A stretch of 37,381 nucleotides of DNA from Cyanobium sp. NIES-981 (GCA_945907085.1 CAMDSS010000001.1:1-37381); one strand, 5' to 3'; counted from the stretch's first letter, positions 17,289 through 25,850 are shown. Notes: generated by a model from the sequence alone, not told the origin. Program-made: numbers and translations.

Positions 17289-18691
17289 GACCCCATGATC
17301 AGCCCATTCGCCCTAAATCGGCAACCTATACACCAAATTTCCTGCGCAGACTTCGCCGGGGTTTGGATTCCTGGCTGAATTTGCTGAATGAATGGGATTT
17401 CCGCATCCCGATTGGCTCCGTACAATTTTTGGGGCTCAATCTTTTTTTGGTGAATGAGCCTGCCGCGGTGAAGCATCTGCTGGTCGATGGGGTTGATTCG
17501 TATCCGAAACACCCCTTCACTCTGTGGATTCTTGAGCCGTTGATTGGCCGAGCCATCTTTTCTGTGAATGGGATTGAGTGGGCTCGGCAGCGGCGCCTGA
17601 TGGATCAGGCCTTTCAGGTGGCTCAATTGCGAAAGGTGTTCCCGCAGATGGGAGGGGCCGTAACGGCGATGCTTGCGCGCCTCGATGCTTCGGTAGCTGC
17701 CTCTGCTGGCGTCGTAACGGTAGAAATCGATCAGGAGATGACCGTGGTGACTGCGGATGTGATCGTCCGCACAATCCTGTCGAGGCCCCTAGGGGCGGCT
17801 GAGGCCCGTGAGGTTTTCGAAGCTTTTGTGCGCTATCAGCGCCGCGCTGGCCAGGCCCTCATGCTGCGTTTTTTGCGGCTGCCTGAACAGTGGCTGCAGC
17901 GCTATTTGGGGCGCCATGCCAGCACGATCCGGGGCTGGATTCAGGCCGCTATTGGTCAGCGCATGGCGATGGGCGTCTCTTCCGACCTGTTGCAAGCCCT
18001 GATTGAGGCAGAAGACCCCGAAACCGGCAGCGGCTTCAGCGAAGAAGAATTGCTCGATCAGGTGTGCTTTTTATTTCTGGCGGGCCATGAGACATCCGCC
18101 AGCGCCCTTGGCATGGCCACCTATCTGCTCAGCCAATTTCCTGATGCGCAGCAGCGGCTCTTACAAGAGGTTGCGGTGATCCTTGAGGCTCGGCCTGCAC
18201 TGGGAGGCAACCCCCTCGATCCGCTGACGTTTGATGACCTGCGGCAGCTCCCCTATGGATCTGCGATTTTCAACGAAACGCTTCGCCTCTATCCACCGGT
18301 GAGCTTTTTCATCCGCGAGGCAGCTCAAGATTCTGAGCTGGTGGATCGGCGTTGCCCTATGCGTTCGCTGGTCACGATCTCCCCTTGGGTGATCCAGCGC
18401 CACGAGCACCACTGGAGCGATCCCGATGGCTTTCGACCCGAGCGTTTCCTTGCCGATACCGCCAGCCCGCAGGAGAAGCAGTGGGCCAAGGATGCGTTTC
18501 TGCCCTTCGGACTTGGTCCACGCAAGTGCCCAGGGGCAGCGTTTGCTTTGCAGGAGGCTTTGCTTGTGCTGGCCGAATTGGTGCGCCGCTATGAGCTGCT
18601 GCCCGATCTTGGCCACCAACCGGATCTAGTGGCGCGGCTCACCCTGCGCTCCCGCAATGGGGTGCGGGTGAGGCTGCGAAATCGGTACTGA
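17285..18691 (+). CDS. Cytochrome P450
   Basis: I-helix AGHETS, ETLR (ExxR), FRPERF, heme motif FGLGPRKCPG (Cys 18527); TTGA overlap with the upstream gene. Confidence 0.96.
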   Translation: MRPHDQPIRPKSATYTPNFLRRLRRGLDSWLNLLNEWDFRIPIGSVQFLGLNLFLVNEPAAVKHLLVDGVDSYPKHPFTLWILEPLIGRAIFSVNGIEWARQRRLMDQAFQVAQLRKVFPQMGGAVTAMLARLDASVAASAGVVTVEIDQEMTVVTADVIVRTILSRPLGAAEAREVFEAFVRYQRRAGQALMLRFLRLPEQWLQRYLGRHASTIRGWIQAAIGQRMAMGVSSDLLQALIEAEDPETGSGFSEEELLDQVCFLFLAGHETSASALGMATYLLSQFPDAQQRLLQEVAVILEARPALGGNPLDPLTFDDLRQLPYGSAIFNETLRLYPPVSFFIREAAQDSELVDRRCPMRSLVTISPWVIQRHEHHWSDPDGFRPERFLADTASPQEKQWAKDAFLPFGLGPRKCPGAAFALQEALLVLAELVRRYELLPDLGHQPDLVARLTLRSRNGVRVRLRNRY

Positions 18692-18718
18692 CTGGGATCT
18701 CCACTGGCCCAGCTGGGA

Positions 18719-18738
18719 TATGCTGGTGTCATATGACA
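18719..18738 (+). promoter_or_regulatory. Putative -10 box and palindromic operator of vapBC
   Basis: TATGCT at 18719-18724 followed by the perfect palindrome TGTCATATGACA at 18727-18738, ending 14 bp before the antitoxin ATG. Confidence 0.55.
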
Positions 18739-18752
18739 GGCGTGGGGGTGGC

Positions 18753-19004
18753 ATGGCTGTGAGGGCAAGGCTGTTTATGAGTGGCCGCAGCCAGGCGCTG
18801 AGGTTGCCGGCCCGTTTCCGGTTCCGCGGCCAAGAGGTGGAGATCGAGCCGATGGGCCAGGCCCTTTGGGTGCAGCCCTGCGGGGAGGCATCGGCATCGA
18901 TGGGGACGTGGTTGGAGGCGTTTTATGCCGACCATCCCGCCCTGCCGGAGGCGTTCCTGGCCGATCGCAGGGATGCTCCCCCCCAGGAGCGGGATTGGTC
19001 TTGA
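18753..19004 (+). CDS. vapB: AbrB/MazE-fold antitoxin VapB
   Basis: ARLFMSGRSQALRLPARFRF...PPQERDW. Confidence 0.9.
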   Translation: MAVRARLFMSGRSQALRLPARFRFRGQEVEIEPMGQALWVQPCGEASASMGTWLEAFYADHPALPEAFLADRRDAPPQERDWS

Positions 19005-19402
19005 GGCGCACCCTCGACACCAACATCTGCAGCTATGTGTTGCGGCGCCATCCGCCCCAGATGCTGCTCCGCTTTCAGGAGCTGAACCGGGATCAGCTGT
19101 GGCTTTCGGCGATTGTGGCGGCTGAATTGCGCTTCGGAGCCGCCAAGCTCGGATCGGATCGATTCAGCGGCGTGGTGGAAGCCTGGTTAGCGGGTTTTGA
19201 GCAGCTGCCTTGGCCCCTCGAGGCCACCCATCACTACGCCAAGATGCGCTCGGGGCTTGAGAGCCGAGGCACACCTGTGGGCAATCTCGATCTGATGATC
19301 GCCGCCCATGCCCTCGCAGAAGACAGCGTGGTGATCACCAACAATGCCCGGGAATTTCTGCGGATCCCCGGCGTTGCTGTGGAGGAGTGGTCTTTGGGCT
19401 GA
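19001..19402 (+). CDS. vapC: PIN-domain toxin VapC
   Basis: LDTNICSY, AELRFG, DLMIAAHA, TNNAREF; TTGA overlap with vapB. Confidence 0.92.
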   Translation: MRRTLDTNICSYVLRRHPPQMLLRFQELNRDQLWLSAIVAAELRFGAAKLGSDRFSGVVEAWLAGFEQLPWPLEATHHYAKMRSGLESRGTPVGNLDLMIAAHALAEDSVVITNNAREFLRIPGVAVEEWSLG

Positions 19403-19407
19403 TCAGC

Positions 19408-21366
19408 TCAAAAGCTCAGCATGACCTTGGTACCCACGCGCACTTGGCTGTTGCCCAGTAGTTGGCCCATGTCGAGCAGGCCGGCCGCGTTGCTCACGTA
19501 GAGGTCCACGGTGGTTTTCTGGTTGGCCAGCCAGCGGAGATTGAGGCTGCCGTTGGTGCCATTGGTCCCGCCCAGATCGGTGGCTACCGCATTGATTTCG
19601 GGGATCAGCTGGAAGCTTTGGCCCAACTGGATGTTGGCGCCGATGCCCACGCCCCAGGGCGTGCCAAGGCCGCTGGTGGCCAGTTTGGGGTTGAGGCTGA
19701 AGGCCAGCCAGGGGGTGGCCTCCCAGGTGTTCATGCTTTCAAAAAACAGATAGCCCTGGTAGCTGCTGGCTTGGTAGTTGCGGCCCACGCTGATGCGGCC
19801 GCCCGTCCAAAGCGGCAGGCCTTTGGTGGGACGCATCACCATGGCCTTGCCGCCAAAGCGGAGGTTGAGGTTGCCGCCGCCTTCGTAGGTGCTGATGAAG
19901 CTGTTTTGGGGGGAGATGCCGTTGAACTGCCCAGCCGCCACTTGGAATTGGAAGTCGTTGCTGACCGATACCCCGCCAAAACCAAACAGGTTGCCGCGGG
20001 AATCGGCATTGAAGCCGAATTGCTTGGTGCCATTGCTCGGGGTGAGGGCCGTATTCACACTCAGCCCGCCCAGGGCGAGGCTGGCCTGGCGGGCGGTGTA
20101 GTTGGGGCTTTTGGAATCGGGAGCGCCTGGGGTCCAGATGAAGCGGCCATTGAGCATCGGCTGCCAGGGGGCACTGGGCAAGGCCAAGATCGCCGTGCTG
20201 GGGCTGAGACCAAAGCCATTGGTGATGCTGCCCTCCAAGGCAATGCGGGGGTTCACCGCAAAATTGGTGCCGAGGCTGAGGATTGGTGTGCGTGAGTACA
20301 CCAACTTGCTATCAAAGCTGTTGTTGCCTGGCCCCAGGGGCACCATGGCCGAGCCAAACAGCTGCACCTGGGCATTGGGCCGGTAGTTGGCGCCCACGCC
20401 CAGGCTGATGTTGGTGCCGAAAAACTCCCCCGCCCCGCCTTGATTGGAGCCTTGGCTGGATGGCAACCAGCTCACCGCCGGTACTAAGGAGAGCTGTAGC
20501 TGCTTGGTGGCCTGCCAGGAGAGGGGCAAGGCGAGGGAGCCCACGATGTTGCGGGTCCACACCTTTTGGCCTGAGTTGTTGAAGATGTTGGCGTTGCCCA
20601 GCTCGCCACCGGTGCAGCTATTGCCTTGGCCGCCGCAGCCACTGCCCACGCTGAAGAGTTCGAGGGCCCCTTCTGCAGCCCACTGCCAGGCTTTGCCGCC
20701 GGCGAGGCGCCCCTTGAGGGCACCGCCGTAGATGGTCCAGAGGTTGCCGGGATTGTTGGGTTTGCTTGCAGGGGCGCTATAGAGGGGGTCGTCGGCGTAG
20801 GTGTAGTAGGCCGAGATCTGGAAGTTTTCGCTGAGGGAGAAGTCGCCGCGGAGCAGGTAGTTCTGGTTGCCCGAGCCGCCCGCTGCGCCGCCCCCTAATG
20901 GGCTCACCTGCTGGAAGATGATTTGGTCATTGCCCGATTCCAGCCCGTTGGCGGTGGGCAATTGGCCCAGGCGAATCAAGGTGCTGTAGCTATCGGCTGG
21001 GGGCTCCAGCCTCTGGATCAGAGCCTCCGCTTCGGCCTGGCTGGTGGGCGGCTGACGCTTCGGTGCCTGGCCGCTGGACGGTGGTAAGGATTGTTTTTCG
21101 CCTGGGGCCACGGGCTGCCAGACCACTGGCGCTGGGCCTGATCCGGGGGCAGGGGTTGGCATGGGCTTCCATTGGGGTGCTGCAGGCTGGCCGGGCTTGG
21201 CTGCGCCAGAGCTACCAGGGGAAAGGGGTTGCCAACCGGGCGTGGCTTGGCTGCCAGATTTGGTTTGGGCTTGGGGCAGCACCTGCCAATTGGGCTGGGC
21301 GTAGGCGGGGCCTGAGCAAACTGCAGCAAGTAGAACGGCCGCCCCCAGCCAGGGCTGGCTAGGCAT
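19408..21366 (-). CDS. Outer-membrane beta-barrel protein linked to polysaccharide export (YjbH/GfcD-like, internally duplicated)
   Basis: Signal peptide (..GPAYA), Pro/Gln-rich linker, alternating beta-strand pattern, terminal Phe; overlaps the wzc stop. Confidence 0.65.
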   Translation of the reverse strand: MPSQPWLGAAVLLAAVCSGPAYAQPNWQVLPQAQTKSGSQATPGWQPLSPGSSGAAKPGQPAAPQWKPMPTPAPGSGPAPVVWQPVAPGEKQSLPPSSGQAPKRQPPTSQAEAEALIQRLEPPADSYSTLIRLGQLPTANGLESGNDQIIFQQVSPLGGGAAGGSGNQNYLLRGDFSLSENFQISAYYTYADDPLYSAPASKPNNPGNLWTIYGGALKGRLAGGKAWQWAAEGALELFSVGSGCGGQGNSCTGGELGNANIFNNSGQKVWTRNIVGSLALPLSWQATKQLQLSLVPAVSWLPSSQGSNQGGAGEFFGTNISLGVGANYRPNAQVQLFGSAMVPLGPGNNSFDSKLVYSRTPILSLGTNFAVNPRIALEGSITNGFGLSPSTAILALPSAPWQPMLNGRFIWTPGAPDSKSPNYTARQASLALGGLSVNTALTPSNGTKQFGFNADSRGNLFGFGGVSVSNDFQFQVAAGQFNGISPQNSFISTYEGGGNLNLRFGGKAMVMRPTKGLPLWTGGRISVGRNYQASSYQGYLFFESMNTWEATPWLAFSLNPKLATSGLGTPWGVGIGANIQLGQSFQLIPEINAVATDLGGTNGTNGSLNLRWLANQKTTVDLYVSNAAGLLDMGQLLGNSQVRVGTKVMLSF

Positions 21367-23083
21367 CGCCGGCTTGCTGCGGGCTGGGCTGCACCAACAG
21401 CCAACCGGCCACGGGGGTGCCCTGCAATTGGAGCTGCTGCACCAGGGAGGCGAGTTCGCTTCGGGTAGCGGCACCCGGGGCGGCGAGCAGGATCTGGATG
21501 CTGCAGTGGCGGGTGGCGAGCAAATCGCTGCTGCAGAGCACCTCGGCGCTGTGGTTGTCTTCCCGCAGGGCGGCCTGCAGGCCGGTGGCGATCGGTTGGG
21601 CAGCGGTCGCAGAGAGGCCCATGGGGATGAGGGCCACGCTGTGGGGTGCTTCCAGGGCCCCTTGGGCGAGCAGCTGCAGGGTTTGTTGGTTGCTTTGGCT
21701 CACCCCTTGGTGCAGTTCAGCCAGCAGGGGATAGGGGAGGCTGGCCTTGAGCTCATCCATGGCAAACACCTTGCCGCTCCTGCGATCCACCACCAGGGCG
21801 GCGCCGCTGCCAAGAACCAGGCCGGCGAGCAAACCGAGGGCCATATTTCTGCTCTTTTTCGGGGATACGGGCCGATCCAGCAGGGTGGGGGTGGAGATCA
21901 GCTCCCAGGGATCGGTTTGTTTGGCCTGCTCCAGGGAGGCCAGCTGCAGCTGGTTTTCCAGCTCGGTGAGGGTTTTTTCATCGCGCAGGGCCTGGCGCAC
22001 CAGCTGGCGGTGTTCGAGCACAACCTCCTTGGGACGGGAGGAGGCCTGCAGGCTGGCTTGGGCCGTGGCGAGCTGGCCCTCGAGGAGGCCAATGGTTTGG
22101 CGATTGAGGGTGAGGATCAAGCTGGCCCGCTGGCGCTTGAGGGCGCGGATGATTTCGTCGTTGTCGCGCAGGCGGCTGCGCTTTTCGGCGATCTCGGCTT
22201 CCAGGGCCTGGTATTGCTTGAAGAGGTCTTGGTTGGCCGTGAGTTGGGGCGCTTGATAGAGCACGTTGCTGCCGGCGCCCCGGGCATTCGCGAGCTGTTG
22301 GCGCAGGTTGATCACTTGGCTTTGGGCGGCTTGGCGGGCCCCTTCCACGGATCCTCCGGAACCCCCAGAGCCGCCGCTGGCATCGCCTCCGGCCATGGGG
22401 ATGCCGTCTTGGATGCCGAGGCCATTGGCCAGGGCAAAGCTTTGGGCCCGGCGCATGGAGGCATCGGCCTTGGGTTCGAGGTCGTTGATGCGGCCTTGGA
22501 GGTAGGCAACGGCATTGGCGATATCGCGGCGCCGGTCGCGGCCGGAATACTCCTGGTAGGTCTTGGAAATCCGATCGATCACCGGCAGGATCAGGGGTTT
22601 GTCGCTATCGCGATAACTGATGTTGAGCACGGAGGTGCCTTTTTCGAGTTTCACCTCAACTGTGCTGACCCAGCTGCTGAATCGCATCCCATCCACTTTT
22701 TCGCCAGCGCGTTGTTTGCTGCTGCGCACGAAATCAAAGACCGGCTTGAGCACCGAGGGGCTCTGCAGGATTTGCACTTCGGTTTCGAGGCTGTCTTTGC
22801 CGCCGCCGCCACCCACCCCCGCCAGCCCGGCGAGCATGGGATTGGACGCTGCAAGTTGGGCCAGCCCGCCGCCACCGCCCTCATTGCTGGCGAGCACAAT
22901 TTGAAACTCACCCTCCCAAACCTGTTTTTGTTGCAGGGTGGCGATCAGGGTGAGCAGCAGGGTGCCCCCTGTCACCTTGGCAATCAACTTGGAGTGGCGC
23001 TTGAGGGCAGCACCCAGCTGGGCGAGATCGATCTCGTCGTTGTTCCGGGGTGCAGGGTTTTGGAGCGGATTTTGGTCAATCAT
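21359..23083 (-). CDS. wzc: Polysaccharide co-polymerase / chain-length determinant (Wzc/GumC-like) with degenerate kinase domain
   Basis: DEIDL start, TM1, LETEVQILQSPSVL, coiled coils, PVSPK followed by TM2. Confidence 0.88.
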   Translation of the reverse strand: MIDQNPLQNPAPRNNDEIDLAQLGAALKRHSKLIAKVTGGTLLLTLIATLQQKQVWEGEFQIVLASNEGGGGGLAQLAASNPMLAGLAGVGGGGGKDSLETEVQILQSPSVLKPVFDFVRSSKQRAGEKVDGMRFSSWVSTVEVKLEKGTSVLNISYRDSDKPLILPVIDRISKTYQEYSGRDRRRDIANAVAYLQGRINDLEPKADASMRRAQSFALANGLGIQDGIPMAGGDASGGSGGSGGSVEGARQAAQSQVINLRQQLANARGAGSNVLYQAPQLTANQDLFKQYQALEAEIAEKRSRLRDNDEIIRALKRQRASLILTLNRQTIGLLEGQLATAQASLQASSRPKEVVLEHRQLVRQALRDEKTLTELENQLQLASLEQAKQTDPWELISTPTLLDRPVSPKKSRNMALGLLAGLVLGSGAALVVDRRSGKVFAMDELKASLPYPLLAELHQGVSQSNQQTLQLLAQGALEAPHSVALIPMGLSATAAQPIATGLQAALREDNHSAEVLCSSDLLATRHCSIQILLAAPGAATRSELASLVQQLQLQGTPVAGWLLVQPSPQQAGDA

Positions 23084-24318
23084 TTGAACGCCCCATACAG
23101 GCCATAAATTGAATACACGCCAAGCACGGGAGCCGTGAGTTCGTTCATCACGGTGATGCCGGCTGAAAGGGCCGAATCTTGGACGCGAATGATGTCGCCG
23201 GCTGCCAACACGGGATTGTTTGGGGCATCGGCTGGGGCATTGGGGTTGAAGGAGAACGTGCGGCGATCCAGTTCCCCTTCTCTGGTGAAGCGCACAAATT
23301 CCACTTTGCCGCGCAGGAGTTGGAGTCCGCCGGAAGCAATCAGGGCCTGGTTCAAGCTGCTGCCTTGGGGAACAATTGTGCTGCCGGGTTGCTTGACCCT
23401 GCCGCTCACAAACACACTCATGAATTGGGGGTTGAGGTTGGTTTGACCAGCCTTGAGCAGCTGCTCGCGCAGCACCACCGGGCTTCTGGCCACGCTCACC
23501 ACATCGCCGTCGAAGAGGCGAATGTTTTGGGATTCATCCCCTCGGGTGATCAGATCGATCAAGGCGAGATTGGTGCGGATTTTGCCGCCACCAGCACCCA
23601 AGGCTTGTTTGCGGGTGACTTGAATATCGGCGAGGTTGGAATAGGGGGTGATGCCCTGGGCGGCCCGGATGGCATCAAACAAGGTGGGGAAGCGGGAGCC
23701 ATAAATTCCGCCAGCGCTTGAGCTGGGGTTGGGTAGGGCATTGGCTTGATTGCCAAAGTTGTTAGGTCCGGCAGTTGGTTCGTTGGCTTTGCCCAGTTGA
23801 ATGCTCGTCTTGCCTTCAGACTTAATGCCGTCGAGCTCTTGATAGTCCGTAAGCGTGTAATACCCGGGTCGCCTCACCTCGCCGCCCACGTAGATGCGCA
23901 CGGGCCGATAACCCACCGGGCGGATGTAGAGCTCGGGATTCTTCACATAGGTCCGGAATTGCTGGGTGAGGAAGGAGCGCAGCTCCTCCACCGTGAGCCC
24001 TTCCACGTAGAGGGCTCTCAGGCGCGGCAGGTAGAGCGTGCCGTCGGGGCCGATCGAAAAGGTGCCGGAAAGCTCGGGGATATCGAGCAGCTCGATCTGG
24101 AGCGAATCGCCGGGGCCCAAGATGTAGCTGTCGTAGACGACTCGGGCGCGCTGGGGGCTGGCAGCGCTGGGCACTTGAGCGGCTGACTTGCCCTGGCCGA
24201 TGGGGATGGCCTGGGGCGCCGCGGGGGCCGCAATTGCCGGCAAGATGCCACTGGGGTAAACCCCCAGGCAAAGCCCAGTGATGGCAAGTAGGGAAGCAAC
24301 AGGCCGCAAACTTGCCAA
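23080..24318 (-). CDS. wza: Polysaccharide export protein (OPX/Wza, SLBB domains)
   Basis: YILGPGDSLQI, GPDGTLYLP, VGGEVRRPG, VSGRVKQPG, GDIIRV, and a C-terminal amphipathic helix. Confidence 0.9.
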   Translation of the reverse strand: MASLRPVASLLAITGLCLGVYPSGILPAIAAPAAPQAIPIGQGKSAAQVPSAASPQRARVVYDSYILGPGDSLQIELLDIPELSGTFSIGPDGTLYLPRLRALYVEGLTVEELRSFLTQQFRTYVKNPELYIRPVGYRPVRIYVGGEVRRPGYYTLTDYQELDGIKSEGKTSIQLGKANEPTAGPNNFGNQANALPNPSSSAGGIYGSRFPTLFDAIRAAQGITPYSNLADIQVTRKQALGAGGGKIRTNLALIDLITRGDESQNIRLFDGDVVSVARSPVVLREQLLKAGQTNLNPQFMSVFVSGRVKQPGSTIVPQGSSLNQALIASGGLQLLRGKVEFVRFTREGELDRRTFSFNPNAPADAPNNPVLAAGDIIRVQDSALSAGITVMNELTAPVLGVYSIYGLYGAFK

Positions 24319-24379
24319 AAAAAACTACGCAAATTTTATATTTTCATGTGGGCCGCTCCTGAGTGCGGCTTGGCAGTTC

Positions 24380-24463
24380 ATGTACTGGAATGCACGCCTG
24401 GCATGGGCCCCCCTGCCCCTTGAGGAGCTCGACGCCATCGACCAGGGTTCTTCGCAGGTCTGA
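24380..24463 (+). pseudogene. Antitoxin C-terminal relic
   Basis: WAPLPLEELDAI resembles the Phd-type tail (F..PLPEEEL..W); its stop overlaps the PIN start (TGATG); no DNA-binding domain. Confidence 0.45.
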
Positions 24464-24846
24464 TGGCCTTTCTGCTCGACACCCACGCCCTGCTCTGGTG
24501 GTTGGCCGAGCCGGAGCGTCTTTCTCCAGTCGTGCAAGCGACCCTGGCTGATGCGGGCCAGACAGTTTTCATCAGTGCTTCAGCTTGGGAAATCGCCACC
24601 AAGCTCCGCCTTGGTTGCTTTCCCACGGCGGAGATACTTCTGCAAGACGGTTGGTCGCTGATGGAGAGCCAGGGTTTTCAGCCGTTGCCGCTGAGCTGGA
24701 GCCATGGCTTGCGGGCTGGCAGTTACCCCATGCCCCACCGCGATCCCTTTGACCGCTTGCTCGCTGCCTAGGCCGAGCTCGAGCAGCTGATCTTGATCAC
24801 CCTGGATCCCGCCTTAGCCCCCTTCCCCTGCCAAACCCTGTGGTGA
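24463..24846 (+). pseudogene. vapC: PIN-domain VapC toxin with internal amber stop
   Basis: LLDTHALLWW, SAWEIATK, HRDPFDRLLAA, then TAG at 24769, then in-frame AELEQLILITLDPALAPFPCQTLW-stop. Confidence 0.85.
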
Positions 24847-24874
24847 AACCAGTGGCGAGGGCCATCATGGGTGG

Positions 24875-25282
24875 ATGAACCGCTCGCTCGACTGGCTGCA
24901 TCAAGCCCAGGCCGATCTGGCCCAGGCCCAGCTCAGTGCCGATGGGGGCCACCATGAATGGGCCTGTTTTGCCTGCCACCAGGCTGCTGAAAAAGCTCTC
25001 AAGGCCCTGCACCTGCATCTCGGCCAGCAGGTGTGGGGCCATGGCTTGGGGCGCTCGTTGCGGGATCTACCCCCCGAGGCCTCTGCCTCCCTTGCAGTGG
25101 CTGTGCCTGATCTCGAAGATCGGCTGCGCATCCTGGATGCCCTCTACATCCCCACGCGCTATCCCGATAGCCTCCCCGATGGGGCCCCAACAGATCACTT
25201 CGGCCGTTTGCAAAGCGCAGACGCTTTCAGTCATGCCCGTGCGCTCGTTGACGCAATCGCTGCTGCGTTGGCCCAGCCCTGA
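24875..25282 (+). CDS. HEPN-domain protein
   Basis: WLHQAQADL, ACFACHQAAEKALKA, WGH, LDALYIPTRYPD. Confidence 0.88.
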   Translation: MNRSLDWLHQAQADLAQAQLSADGGHHEWACFACHQAAEKALKALHLHLGQQVWGHGLGRSLRDLPPEASASLAVAVPDLEDRLRILDALYIPTRYPDSLPDGAPTDHFGRLQSADAFSHARALVDAIAAALAQP

Positions 25283-25769
25283 GCAGGTGCTCTTAGAAGT
25301 GGCTGCTTGGGCAACTGCCCAGCAAGCCCAAACCCCCTCGCTGCAACGGGTTGGCCTGTTTGGCAGCTACGGCCGTGGCACGGCCGGGGTGGGTAGCGAT
25401 CTGGATCTTTTGCTCGTGGATGCTTCCGCTGAGGGCCCCCAACATCAGCGCCTGTTGCGATGGCCCTTGGAGAAGCTGCCCTTGAGTTGTGATGCCCTGG
25501 TGCTTACCCCCATGGAGCTGGAGGAGTTGCTCGCCAGCGGCAGCCGCATGGCCTTGGAGCTGCAGCGCGATCTGCGCTGGCTGCCCATGGAAGGGTCGCT
25601 CACGCCGCAGGCTCGGGGCAAAACGACCTCGGGATTCCGCCCCTTTGGGGCAGCCAATCCAAAACTTGTCACCAACGAGCCAATCGACCAGCTGCGTGAT
25701 CATTGCCTTCTTGGATCGCGGGCATCTGATGCACAGGGCCGCCCGCCACTGGATGGAGCAGGAACTTGA
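25233..25769 (+). CDS. Minimal nucleotidyltransferase (MNT) with a foreign C-terminal extension
   Basis: MPVRSL start overlapping the HEPN gene, LFGSYGRG...SDLDLL, and D-x-LVLTPMEL; the domain appears to end at DLRWL (~25583). Confidence 0.82.
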   Translation: MPVRSLTQSLLRWPSPEQVLLEVAAWATAQQAQTPSLQRVGLFGSYGRGTAGVGSDLDLLLVDASAEGPQHQRLLRWPLEKLPLSCDALVLTPMELEELLASGSRMALELQRDLRWLPMEGSLTPQARGKTTSGFRPFGAANPKLVTNEPIDQLRDHCLLGSRASDAQGRPPLDGAGT

Positions 25770-25850
25770 CCACGGCTGGGCCCCCGCCAGATCACCGATA
25801 GCTGCCTCCTGGCGCTTGCCGTTGCCCATGGCGGCAGGTTTGTGAGCCCA
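25629..25850 (+). pseudogene. Fused relics of an antitoxin tail and a PIN toxin
   Basis: SGFRPF...VTNEPIDQLRD, then VIIAFLDRGHLMHRAARHW...GWA, then QITDSCLLALAVAHGGRFVS, joined across frame changes. Confidence 0.65.

Noticed and set aside
21374-23107. 577-aa plus-strand ORF opposite wzc
   Set aside because: Codon-register mirror of wzc with no independent features
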